Positions 48,834-57,724 of a stretch of 64,000 bases of DNA are shown one piece after another. The notes beneath the pieces were generated by a model, which was given only the letters and a program-made list of their open reading frames with translations, made no database searches and was not told where the DNA came from. Both the position numbers and the translations under genes were made by a program. Source of the DNA: Thermoanaerobaculia bacterium (GTDB lineage Bacteria; Acidobacteriota; Thermoanaerobaculia; Multivoradales; UBA5704); contig JBGAGQ010000002.1 in the NCBI GenBank assembly GCA_044226625.1, positions 173,086-237,085 on the forward strand. Reading direction: 5' to 3'. How positions within the stretch are numbered: the stretch's first letter is position 1; every line of letters starts with the position of its first letter.

Positions 48834-49814
48834 TTGAAAACCAAGATCCTCGTCACGGGGTCGCTCGGCCAGGTCGGCTCCGAGCTGGTCCCCGCCCTCC
48901 GCCGCCTGTACGGCCCCGACCAGGTGATCGCGTCCGACGTCCGGATGATGAGCCGGGAACAACTGTTGCGCACGGAGGGGCCGTTCGAGTTCCTCGACTG
49001 CACGAACGCCCGCCAGATCCAAGAGATGGTGCGGCGCTACGACGTGGGCACGATCTTCCACCTCGTGGCGCTTCTCTCGGCGACCGGCGAGAGCCGGCCG
49101 CAGGTCGCCTGGGACGTGAACATGGGGAGCCTCTACGGCGTGCTCGAGGTGGCGCGGCAGAATCGTTGCGCGGTCTTCTTCCCCAGCTCGATCGGCGCGT
49201 TCGGCCCGGGAACTCCGCGCGACCAGACGCCGCAGGACACGCTGCAGCGACCGAGCACCATGTACGGCGTGACGAAGGTAGCGGGCGAGCTGCTCTGCGA
49301 CTATTACCACGAGCGCTTCGGCGTCGACGCGCGCGGGGTCCGCTTTCCCGGCATCATCTCCCACGGTGCCCCGCCGGGAGGCGGCACCACCGACTACGCG
49401 GTCGAGATCTTCTACGAGGCGATCCGGCACAAGCACTACACCTGCTTCCTGAAACCCGATACGCGGCTCGACATGATGTTCATGCCCGACGCGGTCAAGG
49501 CGACGATCGACGTGATGGAGGCCGACGCGGCGAGCCTGGTCCACCGCAATGCGTTCAACGTCACGGCGATGAACTTCACCCCCGAGGAGCTCGCGGCGGA
49601 GATCCGCAAGCACATCCCCGATTTCGTCCTCGACTATCGGATCGATCCGGTCAAGCAGGCGATCGCCGACACCTGGCCGCGCTCGCTCGACGACAGCGCC
49701 GCGCGCGCGGAATGGGGCTGGCAGCCGCAGTTCGACCTGGCCGCGATGGTCACCGAAATGCTCGAAGCCCTGGAAAAGAAACTGTCGCAGGAGATCGACG
49801 AACATGCCCGTTGA
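48834..49814 (+). CDS. tdh: L-threonine 3-dehydrogenase (SDR type)
   Basis: ILVTGSLGQVGSEL, LLSATGE, PSSIGAFG, YGVTK, PGGGTTDYAV; adjacent to kbl. Confidence 0.88.
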   Translation: MKTKILVTGSLGQVGSELVPALRRLYGPDQVIASDVRMMSREQLLRTEGPFEFLDCTNARQIQEMVRRYDVGTIFHLVALLSATGESRPQVAWDVNMGSLYGVLEVARQNRCAVFFPSSIGAFGPGTPRDQTPQDTLQRPSTMYGVTKVAGELLCDYYHERFGVDARGVRFPGIISHGAPPGGGTTDYAVEIFYEAIRHKHYTCFLKPDTRLDMMFMPDAVKATIDVMEADAASLVHRNAFNVTAMNFTPEELAAEIRKHIPDFVLDYRIDPVKQAIADTWPRSLDDSAARAEWGWQPQFDLAAMVTEMLEALEKKLSQEIDEHAR

Positions 49815-51033
49815 CCGCTTCCTACCCGCGCTCGACGCCGAGCTGTCCGCCCTCGAACAGCGCGGTACAAAGAAGGGCGCCGAGTCCGTCATCGTGGGCG
49901 TCGTCCCCGCGGCAGGCGAGCTCGGGCCGCGCTACCTGCTCGCGGGCGAGGGGGACCGGCCGTTCCTCAAGATGAACTCGAACAACTACCTCGGCATGGC
50001 GCTCCGGGCCGAATTGATCGAAGCCGAGGAGCACGCGAGCCAGGCCTACGGCGTCGGCCCCGGCGCGGTCCGGTTCATCAGCGGTACGTATTCGGCGCAC
50101 ACCGATCTAGAGGCCCGCCTCGCGAAATTCCACGGCCGCGAATCCGCGATGCTCTGGAGCAGCGCCTATGCCGCGATGCTGGGCGTCCTCGTGCCCCTGA
50201 TCACGCCCGAGACCGCGGTGGTCAGCGACGAGCTCAACCACAACTGCATCATCAACGCGATGCGCCTCGCGCGGCCGAAGGACAAGAAGATCTACCGTCA
50301 CCTCGACCTCGCCGATCTCGACGCGAAGCTCACCGAGCTCGCCGGGGTCTGCCGGCGGGTGATTTTGGTGACCGACGGCATCTTCAGCATGCGCGGCGCG
50401 AACGCCCCGCTGCCGAAGATCGTCGAGATCGCCCGGCGGCACGACGCGAATTTCCCGGAGAACGTCGTCCTTCTCGTCGACGACTCGCACGGCGTCGGCG
50501 CCTTCGGGCGCACCGGCCGCGGCACCGAAGAGGCGACCGGCTCCGAACCGGCGGACATCCTGGTCGCCACGCTCGGCAAAGCTCTGGGCGTGAACGGCGG
50601 TTACGTCGTCGGGAGCAAGATCCTCACCGACTTCCTGCGCGAGACCTCCCCCACCTACATCTATTCGAACCCGATCACCGTCGGCGAGTGCGCCGCGGCC
50701 CATCGCGCCGTCGATTTGCTCGACAGCCCGGAAGGGCTCGAACGTCTGGCCCATCTCCGCGCCATGACCGAGCGCTTCCAGCAGGGGCTCCTCCGCCTCG
50801 GCTACGAGACGATCCCGGGGCAGCACCCGGTCGTCCCGCTGATGGTGCGCGACACCGCGAAGACGACGGCGCTCGTCGCCCATCTGCGGTCGCAGGGCAT
50901 CCTCGCGACGGGCTTGAAGTTCCCGGTGGTGCCCAAAGGGGACGAGTCGATCCGTTTCCAGATCTCGGCCGACCACACGCCGAAAGACGTCGACGGCGTC
51001 CTCGTGGCGCTGGAGAGTTTCGCCGGGCGTTAG
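49804..51033 (+). CDS. kbl: 2-amino-3-ketobutyrate CoA ligase (glycine C-acetyltransferase)
   Basis: NSNNYLG, AVRFISG, SDELNH, DGIFSM, DDSHG, TLGKALG, FPVVPKG. Confidence 0.88.
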   Translation: MPVDRFLPALDAELSALEQRGTKKGAESVIVGVVPAAGELGPRYLLAGEGDRPFLKMNSNNYLGMALRAELIEAEEHASQAYGVGPGAVRFISGTYSAHTDLEARLAKFHGRESAMLWSSAYAAMLGVLVPLITPETAVVSDELNHNCIINAMRLARPKDKKIYRHLDLADLDAKLTELAGVCRRVILVTDGIFSMRGANAPLPKIVEIARRHDANFPENVVLLVDDSHGVGAFGRTGRGTEEATGSEPADILVATLGKALGVNGGYVVGSKILTDFLRETSPTYIYSNPITVGECAAAHRAVDLLDSPEGLERLAHLRAMTERFQQGLLRLGYETIPGQHPVVPLMVRDTAKTTALVAHLRSQGILATGLKFPVVPKGDESIRFQISADHTPKDVDGVLVALESFAGR

Positions 51034-51156
51034 GGGCTAGGCGTAGAGTCCCCTCGCTGAGTCTTTCCGGGAAGATCCAAGCGGTCGGCTAACCCGGGCG
51101 GAGCGGTTTCGGACCTATCGGTTCAGTTGGAATGAATCCAACGACCGAGGTGACCA

Positions 51157-52290
51157 ATGAAACGAGCCGCGAAGTGGGCGCGCCGGCTGCCGCTTTTCCT
51201 CCTGATCCTGGGAGTTCTCAACACACCGTCCTTTTCTCTTCCGGTGGGAACGCCGGTTGTGATCACCGGCGACGAGGAGTGCGAGGTGAGCGTCGACGGC
51301 GAATCGATCGGGACCGTCGCCGCCGGGGAGATCAAGAAGATTTCCCTCGTGTCCGGAGAACACTTGGTGAGCGCCAGCTGTCCGGGCGGCCGTCGATGGA
51401 AAGACACGGTGACGGTCGGAAAAGATCAAAAAGTGGTGACGATCGCTTCGGCGTCCTCGGCAACGTCGCCTTCGGCTTCCGGTCCATCGGCCGATGCCGA
51501 AGACGTCACCATCGGCAGCGGGTGTTTCCTGCTTTTCGACCAGGAGAAGCTCGTTCCCGCCGGCCGCTGGAGGGTCGGCGGGGTGATCAAGAACGGACCC
51601 TGCGACAAGGGGGGAATCCGTCCCGGTGGCATCGTCCTCTCGCTCGGCGGCAAGAAGGCGAAGGACCTCTCGCCGGACGACCTCGAGAAACTCGACGGCG
51701 GCCCGGCCGGGACGAAGCTCACCTGGGAAGTGGTCGACCGCGAGGGTGAGATCAAGAAGGTGGTTCTCGTTCAGATCGCCTACCCGAAATCCGGGAGCGT
51801 CGAGGTCATGCAGCCCGACGGGCAGAGCGTCCGTACGGTGCCCTACGACGGCTACGACTCGATGATCCAGGCGTTCCGAAGCTCACTGCTGGACTCGAGC
51901 TCGACGGCGCCGGCCGCGACCGTCTCCACCCCCTCGCCGACGCCTTCGACGGCGAGACGCTGCGTCGGCAAGGCCACGTCCTGCTGGTTGCGCCCCGCCG
52001 GCACCTGTACCTCCGGCCGAGGATGCGTCCCGTCGGGAAATTGCCTCGGCTTTGCAGGCAGCTGCTTCGGCAAATCCGAATTCACCTGCGCGACGACGCC
52101 CGGCTGCTACTGGATGTCCTTTTCGAAGACCTGCAGCGGCATGGGGCCGACCTGCGCCGGCAAGACCGAGTACACCTGCGCCGCGACCCCGGGTTGCAAC
52201 TGGGTCTCCTCCTGCGCCGGGACGGCGACGCCGTGCGCTTTGCTCGGCGAAACGGACTGCTTCTCCCAGCCCGGCTGCAACTGGCAGTAG
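51157..52290 (+). CDS. Secreted protein with PEGA-like and PDZ-like domains and four C-terminal 4-Cys repeats
   Basis: Signal peptide; 'VSVDGESIG..GEHLV'; 'GPCDKGGIRPGGIVLSLGG..GPAGTKL'; Cys repeats at 51961-52290. Confidence 0.75.
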   Translation: MKRAAKWARRLPLFLLILGVLNTPSFSLPVGTPVVITGDEECEVSVDGESIGTVAAGEIKKISLVSGEHLVSASCPGGRRWKDTVTVGKDQKVVTIASASSATSPSASGPSADAEDVTIGSGCFLLFDQEKLVPAGRWRVGGVIKNGPCDKGGIRPGGIVLSLGGKKAKDLSPDDLEKLDGGPAGTKLTWEVVDREGEIKKVVLVQIAYPKSGSVEVMQPDGQSVRTVPYDGYDSMIQAFRSSLLDSSSTAPAATVSTPSPTPSTARRCVGKATSCWLRPAGTCTSGRGCVPSGNCLGFAGSCFGKSEFTCATTPGCYWMSFSKTCSGMGPTCAGKTEYTCAATPGCNWVSSCAGTATPCALLGETDCFSQPGCNWQ

Positions 52291-52370
52291 GCGCTGGAGA
52301 AAGAGAGGTGGCTTCGGCTCGCCTCACTCCGGAGGGTCTCCCGCTGGCCGGCCGGGGACGGTCTTCGTCG

Positions 52371-52622
52371 GCTACACAAGAACCTCCGCCAGCTACACAA
52401 GAATCGCGGCGGGGCTCGAGGGAAGCGGCGATCGTCTCGAGAGAGTCTCCTTCGGGCTCGAGAGAATCGCCGACGGCTACACGAGAACTCTCGTCGGTTC
52501 CACAAGAACCGCGGCCGGGGCCGAGAGAATCGGCGAAGTTCGCACGAGAACTTGAGCCGGTCGCACGAGAATCTCCGCCGGGTTCGAGAGAACCGACGCC
52601 GGGACCGAGAGAATCGCCAGCG
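52371..52622. repeat. Degenerate tandem array, 12 x 21 bp, core (C/G)(A/G)AGAA
   Basis: Units at 52371, 52392, 52413 ... 52602 with exact 21-bp period. Confidence 0.9.
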
Positions 52623-52648
52623 GGCGGCTGCAGGCGGGAGAAGTCCTC

Positions 52649-53116
52649 TTAAAGTCCCGCCGACAGATCCCCCCGCTCGAGCGGCAGGCGGGCGAGGTTT
52701 TGCTCGGCCCAGGCGGCGGCGGTGGCGTTCAGGGGGCTTTTCACGTTGTAGCTCTGGAAACCGATCATCTCCGCGATCTGGACCACCATCTGGGCGAGGG
52801 ATTGGCCGGCGCTCCAATGGTCGCCGATGCAGATCTTCTGCGGGTCGATGTTCGGGTGGAACACGGGCGTGACCATGCGACAGAAGGGCGGGCGGCGCGG
52901 ATAGTCGAGCGGCAGGAAGACTTCCGCACGGAAGACCGAGCCGGGGCGCGGCGGGGAGCCGTCGTCCTGCGGTACGAGGCCGCGCAAGCGAAACTCGAAG
53001 GTGTACTTTTCCGGCGGCTCCCCTTCCGTCGCCACGAGACGGATCGAGGGATGATCGGTAAAGAGCGCGGAAACCTTTTCGAAATCCGAGCGCAGCCTGC
53101 GAATTCGCGCGAGCAC
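52649..53116 (-). CDS. Ubiquitin-conjugating enzyme E2 (UBC fold)
   Basis: RRLRSD, YPRRPP, PVFHPNIDPQKIC (HPN plus catalytic Cys), W, SPLN..AA. Confidence 0.93.
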   Translation of the reverse strand: MLARIRRLRSDFEKVSALFTDHPSIRLVATEGEPPEKYTFEFRLRGLVPQDDGSPPRPGSVFRAEVFLPLDYPRRPPFCRMVTPVFHPNIDPQKICIGDHWSAGQSLAQMVVQIAEMIGFQSYNVKSPLNATAAAWAEQNLARLPLERGDLSAGL

Positions 53117-53126
53117 CGTCGTCCTC

Positions 53127-53726
53127 CTACCCTAGCACCACGTATTTGATCCACCAGGCGAGGAGCCCGAATCCGAGGATCGCGCACTGTGCCGCCGCGG
53201 TCGTGAAGGCGACGCGGAACAGTCCGTCGACGCCGCTCGGCAGACGCCGGATCTCCTCTTTCCGGCTCCGATAATAGAGCGCCCCGACCGTGAGCGTAAT
53301 GAGCGAAAGGCCCGGCAGCAGGCTCATGACCATGAACAGGCGCGCAGCGCGCCGAACGGCGGGCGCGCGCTGGCGGCGCACCTCTCGACGCTCGTGGACA
53401 TCCTTGCTCTCGGGGCGGGCTGCGACCTCGGAGCCGCAATGCCGGCAGCGAACGGCGAGCGCCATGATCTTCGCGCCGCACTTCGGGCAATCCTTGTCCT
53501 CGCGCCCCCAATAGGCGGGCGCGACTTCCAGCGCTTTCAACCCTTCCGTCTTCGGCACCTCTTTGCAGCCATAGACGGCGCAGCCGCCGTTTTCGCTCCA
53601 ACATTCGGCATGGTACGGGGCGCGGCAGGAAGGACAGGCGACCGCCGCCTCTCCCGCATCGATGCTCGACATGCAGATCGCGCAGTTTTCGGCCGGCGCG
53701 CTCCGGCTCTCCCCCACGTCGCTCAC
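53127..53726 (-). CDS. Prokaryotic RING finger + zinc ribbon + TM protein (putative E3)
   Basis: CAIC-x12-CPSC-x4-HAEC-x6-C-x4-C (Prok-RING_1 pattern), CPKC..CRHC, two hydrophobic segments; GTGA overlap with the upstream gene. Confidence 0.85.
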   Translation of the reverse strand: MSDVGESRSAPAENCAICMSSIDAGEAAVACPSCRAPYHAECWSENGGCAVYGCKEVPKTEGLKALEVAPAYWGREDKDCPKCGAKIMALAVRCRHCGSEVAARPESKDVHERREVRRQRAPAVRRAARLFMVMSLLPGLSLITLTVGALYYRSRKEEIRRLPSGVDGLFRVAFTTAAAQCAILGFGLLAWWIKYVVLG

Positions 53727-55141
53727 GAGCGCTGCCTCTGCTCGAACAGGAAGCTCGTGTCGCCGATCTGGATGCGGTCTCCTTGACGCAGTCGGGAGGT
53801 ACGGATCGCTTGGCCGTTCACGAAGAGCGGACTCACCGCGTCGCGCGCGGAGATCTCGCACTCGTCGCCGATCATGCGGATCGTCGCGTGGTTCTGGGCC
53901 ACCTTCGGGTCGTTGAACAGGTAGATCTCGGAGCGCGGCGAGGCACCGATGTTCATCACCTCGCGGAACATCAGGAACTCCTTGCCGGCGAGCGGGCCTT
54001 CGACCATGCGCAGCCAAGCGTCGCGGGTGAGCAGCTCGACGACGCCGATCATCACGCCGACCGCGGCGCCGATCACCGCGATGCCGATCATCCGCGCTTG
54101 ATCCGCCCCGACGCGATCTGCGCCGAGCACCACCAGGTCGAGCGGATCGAACAACAGGCCGCCGAGCATGCCGCCGATCAGGCCGCCGAGGAATCCGTGG
54201 CTGAGCAGCTTCTTCGAGCGGAGCGCGATCCCTTGCCCGAGCCCCATCGCGGCACCGGCGAGCGACCAGGCCAGCATGCGCGCGACCATCTGGAACAGGA
54301 AGCCCATCGAGCGCACGGTCTGCGACGGTGAGGCGAGCTGCTCCTGGGCCGCCGTGCTGATCGGGGTATAGAGCACGCCGGCGAGCACGCCCGAGAAGAG
54401 CCCGCCAACGAAACCGACGAGCGCCCCGATCAGGCCACCGAGGATGGCTCGCCGTGCCACCCGGCAGACCACGCCGTCGGCCGCGCCGATCGCGAGGCCG
54501 ATCATCGCGCCGACCACAGCGAACAGGAGAAGGCTCGCCGTCTCGCTCGCCTGGTCTTGGTCGCGGATCGGCGTGAGGGCCTTGGCCTTCGCCGGAACCT
54601 TGGGGGAGGCGTCGACGAAATGGCCGATGGTCAGATCGTTGCCGGCGACCTCGTAGTGCTCGACGAAGACCCCCACCTCGCGCCCCGGAGCGAGCGTCGA
54701 AGGATCGAAAGACCCGAGGATCCGAGTTCCAGAGACGGCGCGGAGGAACGGGAAAAGCCAGATCTTCTGGCCCCGCAGGGTGATCGTCCCCTGGCCGGCG
54801 ATCTCCTGGGCGGCGCTCGGGTCGAGCTTCAGGTCTTCCGGCGTGAGGGTTTCGGCGAAGCTCACCGCTTCGATCTTCCCCTGGACGTAGATGTAGTCTT
54901 CGAGCGACGGCTCGAGGATCGCCCAGGCCGCGAGCGCGGCGAGCAGCCCCACCACGCCAAAGAGGATCCAGTTCTGGTAGAACCAGCGGCGCCTCGGCTC
55001 GGCCGAAAAACCGGTCTCCCCGCGGAGCGCCATCTGACGGCGCAACAGGTCGTCGACGTGCCCGCTTTCGGCCTCCTCGCGGGTGATGACGATCAGGGAA
55101 TCACCCGTTGCTTCGTTCGATTCGTTGGGTCGATCGCTCAT
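53723..55141 (-). CDS. Polytopic membrane protein with C-terminal FHA domain
   Basis: Multiple Gly-rich TM helices; 'NIGASPRSEIYLFNDPKVAQNHA..FVNG..LRQGDRIQIG'. Confidence 0.88.
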   Translation of the reverse strand: MSDRPNESNEATGDSLIVITREEAESGHVDDLLRRQMALRGETGFSAEPRRRWFYQNWILFGVVGLLAALAAWAILEPSLEDYIYVQGKIEAVSFAETLTPEDLKLDPSAAQEIAGQGTITLRGQKIWLFPFLRAVSGTRILGSFDPSTLAPGREVGVFVEHYEVAGNDLTIGHFVDASPKVPAKAKALTPIRDQDQASETASLLLFAVVGAMIGLAIGAADGVVCRVARRAILGGLIGALVGFVGGLFSGVLAGVLYTPISTAAQEQLASPSQTVRSMGFLFQMVARMLAWSLAGAAMGLGQGIALRSKKLLSHGFLGGLIGGMLGGLLFDPLDLVVLGADRVGADQARMIGIAVIGAAVGVMIGVVELLTRDAWLRMVEGPLAGKEFLMFREVMNIGASPRSEIYLFNDPKVAQNHATIRMIGDECEISARDAVSPLFVNGQAIRTSRLRQGDRIQIGDTSFLFEQRQRS

Positions 55142-55177
55142 CAAAGGCTCTCCGGCGCGCCTTCCGGCGCAAGACGG

Positions 55178-56215
55178 CTATTTCTTCGGTGGGACACGCT
55201 TCTTTTCCATTCGTTGACGGCGGAGCTCTTCTTCTTTTTGCTCTTTTTTCTGCTCTTCGATCGTGATCCGCGCGAGCTTGTCGAGATACGCGTCGAGGCG
55301 TGGCGGCACGTTCCAGTCGACGACCGCAACGCCGAGCATCACCGTCTGGTCGCCGATCCGTACCGGCACCGGAACGTAGCTCTGGACTTTCGGCGGCGCC
55401 ACGCGCTCTACCCGATCGCTCCAGATCAAATAGGTGATCCAACCGATGAATCCCGTCGAGAAGACGATCAACAGCGCGAGCAGCGTGCGGTGGAAGTTGC
55501 GCCGCTGCTCGTCGAGCGCTTGGATCAGATGGTTGATCCGCCCTTCGAGCCGCTCCACCTCGCGCCCGAATTCGAGCCCCGGGCCGCGATCGACGTCTCC
55601 CCCTGTCCTCGACGCCGCCGGATCGCCCTTGCGTTCCGCGGCGGGAACTCGCGCCGCGTGCTCACGCCCGTCGACCCAGAACTTCGCCAGGTGCTCGATT
55701 CCCCGCGGCGTGTTCCAGCAGATCGCTGTCTCACCGCCCAGAGGGTCGGTGACGAAGGCGATCTGGGTCGGACCGGAGAAGAAATTCTCCTGGATGAAAA
55801 GGTCCATCGCCGAAAACTCGACGCCGAACCCGGGGTGCGTGTGATACCAGCCGACGATCGAGAGTTTGGGGTAGGTGCGGTCGAGCGTCGCGTGGATCTG
55901 GGTCCAGGTCTCGTGGGTGAAAGTGACCTGCGCCCGCGCCTCGCGCGCCGCGAGCGCGCGGATCACGGCATGCACTTCGATGAACGGTCCCTCGTCATCC
56001 ATGCAGCTTTCGCCGACCAGGACGCCGCCGACCTCCGCATCGACCGATTCCTTGGCGTGCCCGACGAGCTCCGCGTAGGCGCGCCGCGCAAAGGCCACGC
56101 GCAGCGGAACCCCCGTGGCGGCCGGTCCGGGAAAGGTTCTCTGGATCACGCGTGCGGGCTCATCCGGCGCGGCCGAGCCTGCTGCCTCGCGTTCGGCTTT
56201 CGGTTTTCTCGCCAT
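55178..56215 (-). CDS. JAB/MPN+ (JAMM) metallo-isopeptidase with coiled coil and TM
   Basis: EVGGVLVG, IVGWYHTHPGFGVEFSAMD (HxH-x7-S-x2-D), TM 'LLALLIVFSTGFIGWITYLIW'. Confidence 0.92.
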   Translation of the reverse strand: MARKPKAEREAAGSAAPDEPARVIQRTFPGPAATGVPLRVAFARRAYAELVGHAKESVDAEVGGVLVGESCMDDEGPFIEVHAVIRALAAREARAQVTFTHETWTQIHATLDRTYPKLSIVGWYHTHPGFGVEFSAMDLFIQENFFSGPTQIAFVTDPLGGETAICWNTPRGIEHLAKFWVDGREHAARVPAAERKGDPAASRTGGDVDRGPGLEFGREVERLEGRINHLIQALDEQRRNFHRTLLALLIVFSTGFIGWITYLIWSDRVERVAPPKVQSYVPVPVRIGDQTVMLGVAVVDWNVPPRLDAYLDKLARITIEEQKKEQKEEELRRQRMEKKRVPPKK

Positions 56216-56217
56216 GC

Positions 56218-57420
56218 CTACCTCCCCTCTCCGCGATCCGGGACCGGCGCGTCCGCCTCGAGCTCGAATCCGCGGAAGCCCTCGCCGTAGCGCGCCCAGA
56301 CGACCTCCCAGGCCGGGAGGCCGAGCTCGCGCGGCGACTTCGCCAGATGCTCGCTGCCGCGCGGGAACGAATGGACGTAATGCGGCACCCGGTCGGCGCC
56401 GCAGCGTGGGCAGAGCGCCTCGTCCTCGGAGATCGCGTCGACCGGACGCATCACCTCGGTCCGCTCGGTGCACCCCGGACATTCGAGCGCCAGGACCAGC
56501 TCGCGCGGCAGGTCGATCGCGTCGCAACCGCCGAGCAGCTCCTCGGCCCGGCGGAAGACGACATCGAGCGCCGTCTCCGTTCCCCAATCGGCCCGGACCT
56601 CGACCGGCGGCGCTCCATCGTGCCAAGGGCAATTGGGATCGATGGGATAGGAGAGAGCGTATGAGCCGTGGCTCGCCCCATCGAACAGGAACCCCCGGCC
56701 GAATAGGCCCGGCAGGCCGTGGAGGAATTTCACCACCTCCTGCGCCTGGATCGCGCCGATGACCGAGGCGGTGATCGGCGTGGTCGGCACGCCGCCGCTC
56801 GCCAGCGCTCGCCGTGCGAGCATCGAACACGAACGGCGGCGATGGATCTCCCGCCAGTCGACCTCGCCCATCGTGCATTCGTAACAGGCGGTCTCGGGTG
56901 GGAAAAAACCGCGCACGATCCCCTGCATCACCTCGATGCCGCCGTCGATCCACGGACGGCCGAGCCGCGCGCAAGCGCCGTTCAAGAACACCCGCGCCTC
57001 GCGGTTGTCGAGGGCGCCGACCACGACGTCGGCCCACCGGATCCAGCCGAGCCCTAGAGCGGCCATGACGTTCACCGGTAGCGGGTAAACCGTCATCTCC
57101 GGGTAAAGATCGAGCGCCGCACGCGCCGCCGTCACCGCTTTGCCCTTCCCGGCGTCCGCCGCGCGGAAAAGCGGAGAGCGCGAGAGGTTGCTGATCTCGA
57201 TCACGTCCATGTCGGCGATCGCGAGTTGGCCGAGGCCGAGCAGCGCGAGGTTCTTGATCACCTCGTTGCCGAGGGCGCCGGCCCCGACGACCAGGACGCG
57301 ACCGGCGCGCAGCTTCTCCTGCTGCCACCATTGGACGCGCTCGAATCGGGAGAAGCGCGCATCGGCGCCCTCGGGCTCCTGGGAGAGGACGAGGGGCTCC
57401 TCCCCGGTTCCGGCGTTCAA
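56218..57420 (-). CDS. E1-like activating enzyme (ThiF/UBA family) with C-terminal extension
   Basis: VVGAGALGNEVIKNLALLG, DMDVIEISNLSR, DNREAR, ACYECT..RRRSC, C-terminal CPGC/CPRC. Confidence 0.93.
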   Translation of the reverse strand: MNAGTGEEPLVLSQEPEGADARFSRFERVQWWQQEKLRAGRVLVVGAGALGNEVIKNLALLGLGQLAIADMDVIEISNLSRSPLFRAADAGKGKAVTAARAALDLYPEMTVYPLPVNVMAALGLGWIRWADVVVGALDNREARVFLNGACARLGRPWIDGGIEVMQGIVRGFFPPETACYECTMGEVDWREIHRRRSCSMLARRALASGGVPTTPITASVIGAIQAQEVVKFLHGLPGLFGRGFLFDGASHGSYALSYPIDPNCPWHDGAPPVEVRADWGTETALDVVFRRAEELLGGCDAIDLPRELVLALECPGCTERTEVMRPVDAISEDEALCPRCGADRVPHYVHSFPRGSEHLAKSPRELGLPAWEVVWARYGEGFRGFELEADAPVPDRGEGR

Positions 57421-57698
57421 GTCCCGGCCGCTCCGGCGGTGATCTCCGGCTGCAACCGAAGCTCGTCCCCGGCGAGGACGCCCGAGGCGGCGAGCGTCTG
57501 GGTGTCCAGAAGCTGCTGGCCGCTCCGACGGTGATAGAGCTTGTAGCTCATGATCTGGCCATCGGGGCTGTTCAGAGGCAGCGACATCTTTTCGACCAGC
57601 AAGGCGACGATGCGATGGATCGCAACGTCGTCCGGGGTCTCGACGTCGCGCGCCCGGCTGCCGGAGACGTCGAGGACGCGAAGGCGGATGGCGGGCAT
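57417..57698 (-). CDS. Ubiquitin-like (beta-grasp, YukD/EsaB-like) protein
   Basis: 93 aa; 'QLLDTQTLAASGVLAGDELRLQPEITAG-AAGT' matches the ubiquitin C-terminal pattern; RBS AAAGGA. Confidence 0.88.
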   Translation of the reverse strand: MPAIRLRVLDVSGSRARDVETPDDVAIHRIVALLVEKMSLPLNSPDGQIMSYKLYHRRSGQQLLDTQTLAASGVLAGDELRLQPEITAGAAGT

Positions 57699-57724
57699 CA
57701 AACCGATTCCTTTCGAACCGAGCT

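Noticed and set aside
55178-57331. 717-aa ORF as a single protein
   Set aside because: The N-terminal half is an off-frame shadow of the E1 gene; the JAMM protein starts at ATG 56215 after an RBS.
56218-57698. ThiF/ThiS or MoeB/MoaD cofactor biosynthesis pair
   Set aside because: No thiamine or molybdopterin genes are nearby; E2, RING and JAMM neighbours indicate protein conjugation.
57417-57698. Type VII secretion YukD/EsaB component
   Set aside because: There are no FtsK/EssC ATPase or WXG100 genes, and the context is E1/E2.
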